DNA of 64,000 nucleotides from an uncultured virus (IMG/VR IMGVR_UViG_3300035698_023471) (lineage: Duplodnaviria > Heunggongvirae > Uroviricota > Caudoviricetes), in the IMG/VR virus record IMGVR_UViG_3300035698_023471; one strand, 5' to 3'. The notes under the pieces are model-generated. The model saw nothing but the letters and a program-made list of their open reading frames with translations, ran no database searches and was not told where the DNA came from. The translations under genes and the position numbers were made by a program. Each line of letters begins with the position of its first letter. Position 1 is the stretch's first letter. Positions 55,468 to 64,000 of the stretch are shown here, piece after piece.

Positions 55468-55538
55468 GTGTCCCTTGATTTAGTGGGTTATTATTATTCT
55501 TCTACAAAATAAGTTAAAAGTACTTTTAATTACCACTC

Positions 55539-55892
55539 TTATCCTCTTAATCTATTGTTGATAGAACAAAGAATGCTATAATCAACCGCGTTACTGCCAC
55601 TGTGCCTTTTAACATGAATCGACCAACTATATTGAACCTTAATTTCAATCGATGCTCCTGCTGGAATCACGAAGCCATCACCAGCGTCAATTCTTATGTC
55701 ATTAAAATCGTCAAATGTGATTCTGATCGGGTCGCTACTATCTAAGTTTGAGATGTAAGCAAAATCCCAATGCAGTCCAACTTCTCCGAAAGCCCATTCA
55801 GCTGCATTTCCGGAACTAACACTATGAGTGTTCACTAAAGCTGCGCTAGTCACGTCGTTAATCGATTTATGGCTCTGAATGACAATACTCAT
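55539..55892 (-). CDS. Hypothetical small structural protein
   Basis: 117 aa, beta-rich, GGAG RBS. Confidence 0.65.
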   Translation of the reverse strand: MSIVIQSHKSINDVTSAALVNTHSVSSGNAAEWAFGEVGLHWDFAYISNLDSSDPIRITFDDFNDIRIDAGDGFVIPAGASIEIKVQYSWSIHVKRHSGSNAVDYSILCSINNRLRG

Positions 55893-55948
55893 TTTTTATC
55901 TCCGAACATTTAATGTTATTATGAATTTTATTTACAATTTACTTTTTT

Positions 55949-58195
55949 CTAAGACATTTTTATTATTTTTGCGATTTGAGGTAGGACTCTTTCATCCAAA
56001 GAATCCATGACCTGCTTGCTGCTAAATCGCAAGACCTTCCATCCATGACTAGACAAAATCTCATCCTTCTTCGAATCACTCTCAATTTGTCCGGGCAAAG
56101 CATGTTGTGGACCATCTACTTCGATAGCTAGTTTTGCTTGTGGAAATGCGAAATCTAAAGACATCCTTGTGTTTGTTATTGGGTATTGAATAAAAAATGG
56201 TATTTTTAGTTGTCCCGATTTTTGAAGTTCTTGTAATTTTTCAAACAACTTCCATTCCGGTCTTGAAAGCGGAATCTTTGGGACTACCATTTCATCTTGT
56301 TCTTGTGCTTGTATTTCTTGAGCCTTCATTTTTTGATTGAGAGCATCTTCTTGTTGACTTTCTTTCAAAGAATGTTCGGATTTTATTCGAGATAAGATAT
56401 CTTTGAAATTTTTAGTTTTTCTCACATGTGGAATCTTTAAGTTCGTCGGCAATTGATAATATTTATCTAACCAATCTTCTTGCTGTGAAGATTGAGTCAA
56501 TGGAGAACTCTGTGGAGCCGACAAATCTCCTCCTGGTCCTCCTCCTGGAGTCGGCATCTTAGAATCGTTGGGTCCGAAATTGCCGATGTTACCACTGCCA
56601 TCATTTCCGTTACCTTCTTGGCCATGGTTTCCGAAGTCCATCGAATCACCACCATCAGAACCTCCCCCTCCGAAACCGCCTCCACCACCCCCGCCGCCGA
56701 AATCCAAGCCTCCCAAATTACCACCTTCTTCATCATTCGGTCCAATTCCGTAAAGCTTATTAATTACTTGTTCGGCTCTCTTCCTTTCGACTTCGACATC
56801 ATAATCGAGATCGAGCTCATCCAATAATGTCTGAACTGAGATATAGCCTTTGTCAGTCATGGTCAGATACATGTTTTTCTTAGCTGTATCATCCCTGAGA
56901 CTTTGATCTTGCCATTTAACTTTGGGATAAACGGGGACTAATTCCCCCCTCTCATTTCGATCAACAAAACCTTGCATAAGTGCGATGGGCTTGTAAATTT
57001 TTTCCTCAATCCAATAAGCAATTTTATTCCTTAACGAATTAAGTCTCTTATTCATGGCTTCGATACCGATGGCAGCATTAGAATAAGAAGGTCCTTCACT
57101 ATTAAGTAAAGCTTTGTTAATCATCAGGCCATCTAGGATTTCTTCAGTGATCATGTCGTATTCCTTGTTCAGCTGAAGAACTTTACCAGTGGCTCCGACA
57201 AAGTCATAATCAAGTGCATGGTGAGTCACAATCGTGAAGTTGGGATCATTGACGGCATTGTAGACGAGAGACTGTACTTGCTGAATGTCTCCAGGAGTGG
57301 CCACCATGTTGTCTGAACCGACTTTGACGATCCTCACTGGAACGATGTGCCTGTCAGCTACGATCCACTGAGCCTGCCTCAATTTGTCCTTATAAGCCAA
57401 CGTAGCGAAGAGACGGTAAAGTAATGAACGCCCATAAGGTTGATAAGGGATTTTGTTATGAGCGAAGTGATGAATACATAATGGATTGACTAAAATGGGT
57501 TGACCTTTCAAAACTTGCTCTTGAAAAGCGGCGGGGATTCTATTGGCAATTTCTCTTGGTTCTCTTCTCAAAATGATATTTCTCAAATTTTGATCTGGAA
57601 TCATGAAAATAGCTTCATAATCAACTTGAGGAAGGTGTTGAACTTCGACCCAATCAGGATTCAACATCGTAATTCCGCCGATAGAGCCTCCCTTATGAGT
57701 ACAAACCGCCCCAGTCTCCATGTCGATTCCACTTCCGCCACAATGTGGACAGTGTAAGTTGGCAAACATGAAAACATCACCAATGGCAAAATATTCATAA
57801 GCGATATATTCTGACCATTCTTCAAGTTTCAAACGTTTCTTGACTTCGTCGAAATATTCACCCACCATTTTCTCATTACAAGTATTTTCAAAACCTGAAT
57901 TTGTGGTGAACTGAGAATAAAAATCTAAAGCGGCTGCCACCTTCGGCTCCATCGTTCCGAAGAAACGACACCAAACATAAACCTCTTGACGTTTCTGAGG
58001 AATTTGCCAATTGGAAGGAGTGTGAAGGGGAGAATAGAATTTAGGTGGAGCTGCGATCACAGACCCGCCACCTAATGCCGGACCGGTGTCTCCATAGTTA
58101 GAAGTCCAAGCATGTTTTGTTATTAATTTAGGTTCGCCGTCTTTTCCTGTGACGACTCTTTCTCGGTTAGCTACGAACGGTGCGTATTTTTTCAT
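55949..58195 (-). CDS. Portal protein with C-terminal DUF559/Vsr-like endonuclease domain
   Basis: CRFF...PKVAAALDFY, EYFAIGDVF, LNPDWV and PYGRSLL, located upstream of the protease. A Gly-rich linker leads to QYPI...LDFAFPQAKLAIEVDG..H...D..KD..L...GWKVLRF. Confidence 0.8.
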   Translation of the reverse strand: MKKYAPFVANRERVVTGKDGEPKLITKHAWTSNYGDTGPALGGGSVIAAPPKFYSPLHTPSNWQIPQKRQEVYVWCRFFGTMEPKVAAALDFYSQFTTNSGFENTCNEKMVGEYFDEVKKRLKLEEWSEYIAYEYFAIGDVFMFANLHCPHCGGSGIDMETGAVCTHKGGSIGGITMLNPDWVEVQHLPQVDYEAIFMIPDQNLRNIILRREPREIANRIPAAFQEQVLKGQPILVNPLCIHHFAHNKIPYQPYGRSLLYRLFATLAYKDKLRQAQWIVADRHIVPVRIVKVGSDNMVATPGDIQQVQSLVYNAVNDPNFTIVTHHALDYDFVGATGKVLQLNKEYDMITEEILDGLMINKALLNSEGPSYSNAAIGIEAMNKRLNSLRNKIAYWIEEKIYKPIALMQGFVDRNERGELVPVYPKVKWQDQSLRDDTAKKNMYLTMTDKGYISVQTLLDELDLDYDVEVERKRAEQVINKLYGIGPNDEEGGNLGGLDFGGGGGGGGFGGGGSDGGDSMDFGNHGQEGNGNDGSGNIGNFGPNDSKMPTPGGGPGGDLSAPQSSPLTQSSQQEDWLDKYYQLPTNLKIPHVRKTKNFKDILSRIKSEHSLKESQQEDALNQKMKAQEIQAQEQDEMVVPKIPLSRPEWKLFEKLQELQKSGQLKIPFFIQYPITNTRMSLDFAFPQAKLAIEVDGPQHALPGQIESDSKKDEILSSHGWKVLRFSSKQVMDSLDERVLPQIAKIIKMS

Positions 58196-58225
58196 GAGTT
58201 TAATTATTTTTATTCTACGTTATTT

Positions 58226-58909
58226 TCAAATGATATTTGGTAATTGCTTCATCACCAATGAAAAAATAACTTGTTTTTCATGAATCGGGATACTGTCGTT
58301 ACTCTTTATCAAACTTTGTATGAAACTCGGATCTGCATTTCCATATGTTCCAATTGTCATTAAAATTTCGTTCATAGTTCCTATTGAAGTTTCTAATCTA
58401 TCGGCGATATCGATTTCCTGAATGTCCGCCTTCTTAATCAAAGAGTTCTTACCGCTTGCAAAGAACCTCATTAATTCGTTCCAGTCCTCATCCTCATAAA
58501 GCTCAGCAACATCTTGATCGTAGCCTTCAGGTGGCCGGAAGGTCATAGAATTTCCGAAAGTACTGACGCTCTGTTCTGAAAGTCCCTCATTATTCTTCGC
58601 TACTGGAAACATGCTTGAAAGATGTTCGAAAACACTTTGTTGGTTAGGGTCCATGTCTGGAGACTCTTGTACAAAAGTAAGGACTGTCTCAATTCTTTTA
58701 GAGACAGTCCTGTCTTTTGCTAATCTTTGAGAATTTGAATCCCCAATTGGAATCGCACTATAAGTCACTGTTCTATGAAACTCACGAGAACTTGGTAAAA
58801 AAGTTTTCTGTTCATTTCCTGCTTCATCGACAATAGCTTTCTTTAAAGAAAGTCTCACATCATCTCCACAAGCTTTAATTCCCGTAGAACCTACGGTATT
58901 GTTAGTCAC
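58226..58909 (-). CDS. Hypothetical protein (head module)
   Basis: 227 aa, overlaps the upstream stop. Confidence 0.6.
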   Translation of the reverse strand: MTNNTVGSTGIKACGDDVRLSLKKAIVDEAGNEQKTFLPSSREFHRTVTYSAIPIGDSNSQRLAKDRTVSKRIETVLTFVQESPDMDPNQQSVFEHLSSMFPVAKNNEGLSEQSVSTFGNSMTFRPPEGYDQDVAELYEDEDWNELMRFFASGKNSLIKKADIQEIDIADRLETSIGTMNEILMTIGTYGNADPSFIQSLIKSNDSIPIHEKQVIFSLVMKQLPNII

Positions 58910-60453
58910 TCTTTTTTTTTTAGATTGCTAATCTTTTTGCTTTTCTTATCAGCTTCTATAGGTATCGGTTTGGCATTTTCCATCTTCTCTTCAGTCCAAT
59001 ATGCTTCTTCTTCTTTGATGAAAGGATTCTTCTTATTTTCATCCATGAATTCTTGAGTGATCCTAGCTCTTTCTCGAACTATGTTTTCGACGATATCTCC
59101 ACTTTCTTTTTGTAATCTTTCTTGAAGACCATTCGCTTCTTCAAGACCGGCTGTCTTTTTCAACTTCGGATCGACAATTTTTGCGAAGTGTGTTTCATGA
59201 TCGTATTGATGGGATTTTTCTTGCATTCTTTTCTCAGTCAATTTTTGATCTGGGAACTGTGGGAGTTGTCTTCTTTGACCGGGATCGATATTCATTTTAT
59301 GTTGAAACGGGGTCTGGCTTTTACTTACTTCTCCTCCAGTTTTTTCAATATGATCTTCTAACCAACCAGGATAATAGGAGTCCACTTCTCTCACCAACCA
59401 GTCCTTATAGCCACAAAAAACGAAACCATCATCATGACCTCCTTCGATCAGGTATGAATTATAAGTTTCTAATTCTCCATTCGTCTGCGGCATTCTTCGA
59501 CCATCAATACAGTGGTGACTACAAATATAAAATGGGACTGAACTACGAACTTTTGGACACCATTGACCACACCCCGGTTCGACATGAACGGACTGTGAAT
59601 AAGCTTTCTTAAACATGCCTGTGTCTTGATCGATGGATTCAGAAACCAATTCCTTCTTATCGCAATCTCCTTCCTTACAACCGGTTTCGGCTAAAAGCTC
59701 AATCGGTATAATCTTGTCTCCGACGATCACATTACCATCTTTCACTGAGACTTCTTCAGGTGAGGATTCGTTAATGAGTGACTGGACTAATTCATCTAAC
59801 TCTTTTTGAGAAGTTGCTTGCATCACCTTGCTATGATTACGATATTCTAATCTTTCTTTTCGAGGAGCGATGGAACGATTTGCAGGAGCGGCATCATCTG
59901 ATGGGTCTGGTTGACGTTTCCCCCAGTCTTTAGAATCTACGAAATCAGAACCCTCTACGGCAGGTTCATCACTTTCGATTCCATCGAGATCGATCTTGTA
60001 GGCCAATACATCAAAGTATTTAGTATGCGGCTCTACAGAAAGAACGCCTTTGTAAGCTGATGGGTCTACATTTTCATTTGATTGAGGATCGCTTACGTCG
60101 TTACAATCAGAGATGGGCACCACATTTTTGTCTTTCTTATTCATTATAGATTTCCCCTTTGCAGGTTTACCTCCTCGAAACGGAGCATCATTCCTAGAAA
60201 ATTTCCTCGGTTTAAGTGGGCTGATGTCTACGATACAATCCGTGAAGTTACCCTCTTCATCTCTAATCGGTTTGACGATTTTGTAAATCCTCAAATGACC
60301 ACAAGAATTACATTGACAATTGACCTGTTTTGACGTTGCATCATTCGTCAAGATTACCATGGCCCCTGTGTTCAAGCATTTCTCACAAGTGATTTTGCTG
60401 AGTTGTAAGTGGTTATTTTTATCCATGATTTTTGGTTTTAACCTTTTGTACAC
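58906..60453 (-). CDS. Hypothetical Cys-rich protein (head module)
   Basis: CEKC...CNSC and CGQWCPK...CSHHC clusters. Confidence 0.65.
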   Translation of the reverse strand: MYKRLKPKIMDKNNHLQLSKITCEKCLNTGAMVILTNDATSKQVNCQCNSCGHLRIYKIVKPIRDEEGNFTDCIVDISPLKPRKFSRNDAPFRGGKPAKGKSIMNKKDKNVVPISDCNDVSDPQSNENVDPSAYKGVLSVEPHTKYFDVLAYKIDLDGIESDEPAVEGSDFVDSKDWGKRQPDPSDDAAPANRSIAPRKERLEYRNHSKVMQATSQKELDELVQSLINESSPEEVSVKDGNVIVGDKIIPIELLAETGCKEGDCDKKELVSESIDQDTGMFKKAYSQSVHVEPGCGQWCPKVRSSVPFYICSHHCIDGRRMPQTNGELETYNSYLIEGGHDDGFVFCGYKDWLVREVDSYYPGWLEDHIEKTGGEVSKSQTPFQHKMNIDPGQRRQLPQFPDQKLTEKRMQEKSHQYDHETHFAKIVDPKLKKTAGLEEANGLQERLQKESGDIVENIVRERARITQEFMDENKKNPFIKEEEAYWTEEKMENAKPIPIEADKKSKKISNLKKKE

Positions 60454-60491
60454 AACGCTCGAATTTCGCGGTTCACCTACGCCCCATGGAT

Positions 60492-61697
60492 CTACCTTTT
60501 TTTATTTTCAGCCATCAATTTAGCATCGGCGGCATATTTAGATTTCTGTTCTTCAGGTAAACCATCAAACCACTTGTCAAGAACTCCTTTCGTTCTATCG
60601 GCAGCAGTCACTTGACGAGAAGGTTCATCCACAGAGGTTTTAATCTCTCTCACTTCCTTGATGCTGTCAGAACGTTCTTTATTGTAAGATTTGATGTCAT
60701 CTGTCATTTGACCCAATGATGTTTGTTTAGAATTGAAGAAGTCTGAAAAAGCTTCTTTAACATTTTCTGGATTCACATTTTTAGAAGCAGCAATTTTTGC
60801 GGTATCACGCATTTGCTGATTTCTAGCATTTGCAGTCGATACATCAATGCGATCATTCAATTTGCCCATCGCATCATCCACCCAATCATCTTGATGAGAG
60901 TTTTTGAGTTTGCTGATCTTGTCATTGTTTCTTTCAGTCATGATCTGACAAGCAGAGGCGATCATCCTAGCCTTATCATTGATTTCTTCTTGAGAAGGCT
61001 GTACGACGGGTCTGATTGAATTCATATTAGGAGGGGGAACGTTTGCGACTCTATCACTAATGTTTCTGATGCCCTTACGCATTCCTGTGATGGCATCAAT
61101 GTCAGAAGCATGAGTCGAACTGACTCGCAATTGTTCTTCTCTCTTAGATTCTCTGGCTTCATCTCGTTTCACAACTTTTTGCCGAATGTCCTGACGAGAG
61201 GCTTCAGAAATATGGGCATCTTGACTGTGCAACATGCTGTTGAGGATGAAATTCTTGTGTTCCGCCAAATATGTTTCTAAGTCATCTTTGGTGACACTTC
61301 TTTCAGATTTTTCCTCATCATAATGAGACTTTCCAAAAGCACCTTTACTCATCAGCCAGTCTTCTCTGATCGTCGCTTGTTTGTTATTCTCAACGATATC
61401 CTCGGCAGAAGAACCAGAAGATTCACGGATACCTTTCAACTCCTCAGAATCTAAAGTATTCGCAAGACCGGGAGTCATCCTCGCCAACATGGCAAGTTTC
61501 TTTTTCTCGTCTTTGCTGAGAACTTTCTGTCTGTCAATTTTTTCCTCATGCCAGTCAGTAGGAAAGCAATCAGAAACAATTTGTCGTTTTTGATCTTCCG
61601 AAATTTTAGAAGTATCGATATGAGCTTCTCTAATAATTCCTGTTGGAATCTCATTGGCAAACATTACTTTTGGAATATTCATTGTTTTTTTATCCAT
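60492..61697 (-). CDS. Hypothetical protein (head module)
   Basis: 401-aa charged helical ORF with AAGGA RBS. Confidence 0.7.
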   Translation of the reverse strand: MDKKTMNIPKVMFANEIPTGIIREAHIDTSKISEDQKRQIVSDCFPTDWHEEKIDRQKVLSKDEKKKLAMLARMTPGLANTLDSEELKGIRESSGSSAEDIVENNKQATIREDWLMSKGAFGKSHYDEEKSERSVTKDDLETYLAEHKNFILNSMLHSQDAHISEASRQDIRQKVVKRDEARESKREEQLRVSSTHASDIDAITGMRKGIRNISDRVANVPPPNMNSIRPVVQPSQEEINDKARMIASACQIMTERNNDKISKLKNSHQDDWVDDAMGKLNDRIDVSTANARNQQMRDTAKIAASKNVNPENVKEAFSDFFNSKQTSLGQMTDDIKSYNKERSDSIKEVREIKTSVDEPSRQVTAADRTKGVLDKWFDGLPEEQKSKYAADAKLMAENKKR

Positions 61698-61856
61698 GAT
61701 TTATATCCTTGTTTTATTTCCATCCGGCTCCGCTTGCTGCTCCACCCGGATTCTCATATGCTTTTTGTCCAAAACCAAGAACATCCCATATGATGTATGG
61801 GAGAGACATGATAGAATTTATGTCTTTGACTTCTCGTTTCTTTGCATCTCTCTTGT

Positions 61857-62276
61857 TCACCATTCGAGACTCAAGACCTTTTCTGTTTTTTTTTCTTTAC
61901 CGGCACATTTTCCCATCGGTCTAGTTTGATCTCTCTTAGGATCTCCCTTCGGCTCATGAGCCTCTGTGGCCACACCGGACCATTCCTTACCTTGCAAAGG
62001 CAGCCAAAATTGTTTAGTTACATCCCGATCAAGTTGAGCAGCAGTTTTCACATCCGCACTTTCTTCGGATTCACCAGAAGCTTGCGTCTGTCCACTGCTA
62101 AGCGGTTTGTCACATTTCTTGCCTTTGCCACGAGGGGTATAATCCTTGACCTGATCTTGAGCATACTCGCTGCCCTGAAGCTCGTCCCAATACTCCAATA
62201 GCACCCGGCGATCAGATTCAGACATCATGGCGATTTTCTCAATCAGTTTGTTATAATATTTGGATTGAATTTGCAT
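61857..62276 (-). CDS. Hypothetical protein
   Basis: 139 aa, AAGGAG RBS; shares the motif EYW...A....KDY with the gene at 63521. Confidence 0.65.
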   Translation of the reverse strand: MQIQSKYYNKLIEKIAMMSESDRRVLLEYWDELQGSEYAQDQVKDYTPRGKGKKCDKPLSSGQTQASGESEESADVKTAAQLDRDVTKQFWLPLQGKEWSGVATEAHEPKGDPKRDQTRPMGKCAGKEKKTEKVLSLEW

Positions 62277-62306
62277 TTTGGTTTAAACTCCTTGATTAGG
62301 ATGAAA

Positions 62307-63062
62307 TTATAAATTTGGTTTTGACACTGTTTTCTTGGCTCTTTTATATATGTTCTTTGTAACATGCTTGTTTTGCTTTAAATTTTGTGGTATATTTTCA
62401 CTCATTTGATCGACTCGGTCTCTCAATCTATTCCTATTTTGTATTAATTGGGTGGCGTTGATGCTATTCGAATTCAACGGTTGACCCTGCGGAATGAATT
62501 GTTGTTGAGGTTGAGGTTGATAAGTATATTGTGGAACGGGTTGTGGCTGAGCCTGTTGTTGCGGAACAAATTGTTGTCCCGCCGTCCTCACATTATCCAT
62601 AGTTGTAGAACCCGTACTCATTTGTTGCGGTTGATAGTAAACCTGCTGTTGTTGTGGATAAACAGGTTGTTGCTGCGGTTGTTGTTGAGACAATCCTAAA
62701 TTTTGTTGTATGAATTGTTGAACGGCAGTTTGCTTCCCAGTATTATTCTCTATTTGTTTTAATCGAGAATCAATTTGCAAAGCACTACTCAAATGGCTAT
62801 CTATGACTGCGGCAATTTCTGGATGTCGTTCTTGCAATTCTTGTTGAAAGCCATGAGGATCGAATTTTGCTCGAACATAAGTCTCTCTCAATTTTTCTGA
62901 AAGAAAATCCTTATCTTTAGATAGATCGAAATTAATACCATGTTCTTGAAGATATTCTTCATCTGAAATTTGCCCAGGTTTATAATACATGGGATTCTCA
63001 TGATGAATCACTTCATCCTTTCGATTCACCGCATGGTCAATCGCTATAATTTCATGTGCCAT
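62307..63062 (-). CDS. Gln/Pro-rich hypothetical protein
   Basis: QQQPQQQPVYPQQQQ tracts; AAGGAG RBS. Confidence 0.7.
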   Translation of the reverse strand: MAHEIIAIDHAVNRKDEVIHHENPMYYKPGQISDEEYLQEHGINFDLSKDKDFLSEKLRETYVRAKFDPHGFQQELQERHPEIAAVIDSHLSSALQIDSRLKQIENNTGKQTAVQQFIQQNLGLSQQQPQQQPVYPQQQQVYYQPQQMSTGSTTMDNVRTAGQQFVPQQQAQPQPVPQYTYQPQPQQQFIPQGQPLNSNSINATQLIQNRNRLRDRVDQMSENIPQNLKQNKHVTKNIYKRAKKTVSKPNL

Positions 63063-63073
63063 TTAACATCTCC

Positions 63074-63469
63074 TTAAACCCACCACTTATCTGAATGAAA
63101 AAATTTAGTCGAATGATACGTCAAAGGACCGATATTAATATATTCTGGAAAAAACTTTTTCAACATTCTTATCACGACCCATCTGAATCTACTTTTCTCC
63201 GCAAAACTATTGATGAACATATCACACATCCTATCTTGTTCACCTTCATCTTTAAACTTGTGAATGCTTTCAAATTCCTGTCGTCCTTCATTCTCATTCA
63301 ATTCGACTACTGGAGTATAATTCCAACTTTTTCCATCATAAGCACTTCTCTTTACTAAATGAGACTGATTTACTGATTCCTCAATGACTCGATCCTCCTC
63401 TTTCTTTTCCTTAAATACTGTTGGGGTCAAATCCATACAATCGATATCGATGACTTTAAAGCTATCCAT
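63074..63469 (-). CDS. Hypothetical protein
   Basis: 131 aa, GAGGT RBS. Confidence 0.65.
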   Translation of the reverse strand: MDSFKVIDIDCMDLTPTVFKEKKEEDRVIEESVNQSHLVKRSAYDGKSWNYTPVVELNENEGRQEFESIHKFKDEGEQDRMCDMFINSFAEKSRFRWVVIRMLKKFFPEYINIGPLTYHSTKFFHSDKWWV

Positions 63470-63520
63470 AATAAATACCTCACTTTCGTGACTTTTGTTA
63501 GTCGATAATTCGACTAATAG

Positions 63521-64000
63521 TTAATAATCTTTGGCCAAAGCTTCGGCCCATTCCTTATCGTCAGGAAAAATTCCCTTCCAATATTCAACGATCTTATCTC
63601 TTTGGTCTTCTGTCATTACTGATAATTGTACGATGTTTTTACTTTCATCTTGTTTTTCTTTAGATTCACGAATCAAAACTGTACTAACTTTTCTAATTTT
63701 AATCTCATCTTGTGTTTTCGATTCTTTCACTTCTTTTTTTGCCCCTTTCTCGAATCCATCTAATTGGTTTTGTTGTTTAGATAACTTTTCTTTCAACCCC
63801 TTTAGTTGATGAAGAAGAGTTTTTGATTTGTCACCGACATGAGACAATTGAATGGAATCATTCCATACATTAGCATTCCTTTTTTCAATCTTTGTCTTAA
63901 CTTTTGAAATCGTTTTCTTCGTTTCAGAAATTTCAGCTTCTAATTCTTCTTTCGTTCCAATCGGATTTTCCTCATCACCTTCTTTGTCGATGTCTTCATC
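63521..64000 (-). CDS. Hypothetical protein, 5' end outside the window
   Basis: The frame of ORF 63521..63847 stays open to position 64000 (DEDIDKEGDEENPIGTKEELEAEI...). Confidence 0.7.
   Translation of the reverse strand, partial: DEDIDKEGDEENPIGTKEELEAEISETKKTISKVKTKIEKRNANVWNDSIQLSHVGDKSKTLLHQLKGLKEKLSKQQNQLDGFEKGAKKEVKESKTQDEIKIRKVSTVLIRESKEKQDESKNIVQLSVMTEDQRDKIVEYWKGIFPDDKEWAEALAKDY

Noticed and set aside
1..64000. CRISPR array or Cas12f/Cas14 system around the TnpB-like genes
   Set aside because: No regularly spaced direct repeats were seen near either gene or elsewhere, and no cas1/cas2.
1..64000. tRNA/rRNA genes or an alternative genetic code
   Set aside because: No cloverleaf or rRNA-like sequence was recognised in the intergenic gaps; long ORFs are intact in the standard code and end with TAA, TGA and TAG.

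Overview
This window looks like 64 kb of a large tailed (jumbo/huge-type) bacteriophage genome: AT-rich, standard genetic code, AGGAG-type ribosome-binding sites, and no host housekeeping genes. The right part (about 42.5-64 kb, minus strand) is the head module. It holds a portal-like protein with a C-terminal DUF559-like domain, a 1944-aa prohead-protease/scaffold polyprotein, a scaffold-like protein, a decoration-like protein, an HK97-type major capsid protein and a neck-like protein. The left and middle parts are accessory. They contain a duplicated cassette of LamG lectin-like proteins, GT29 sialyltransferase-like proteins and CMP-sugar synthetases, plus an actin-like ATPase, two TnpB-family genes (one apparently nuclease-dead), small HTH genes paired with homing endonucleases, an SbcC-like ATPase, a DinG-like helicase, an S8 protease/peptidoglycan-binding fusion, two beta-helix paralogs and a hybrid histidine kinase. 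The most striking unexplained signal is three consecutive, unrelated genes (a CCA-adding-like enzyme, an ADP-ribosyltransferase-like protein and a small protein) that all begin with the same peptide M-[FI]-I-[ND]-PNNSFDG-[LI]. Together with a pervasive K/R-x-A motif in head proteins, this suggests a capsid-targeting and proteolytic-maturation system for injected enzymes. Two recurrent promoter-like motifs and two candidate small RNAs are also visible. No CRISPR array, tRNA or rRNA was seen. All family calls come from motif recognition by eye, with no database searches.
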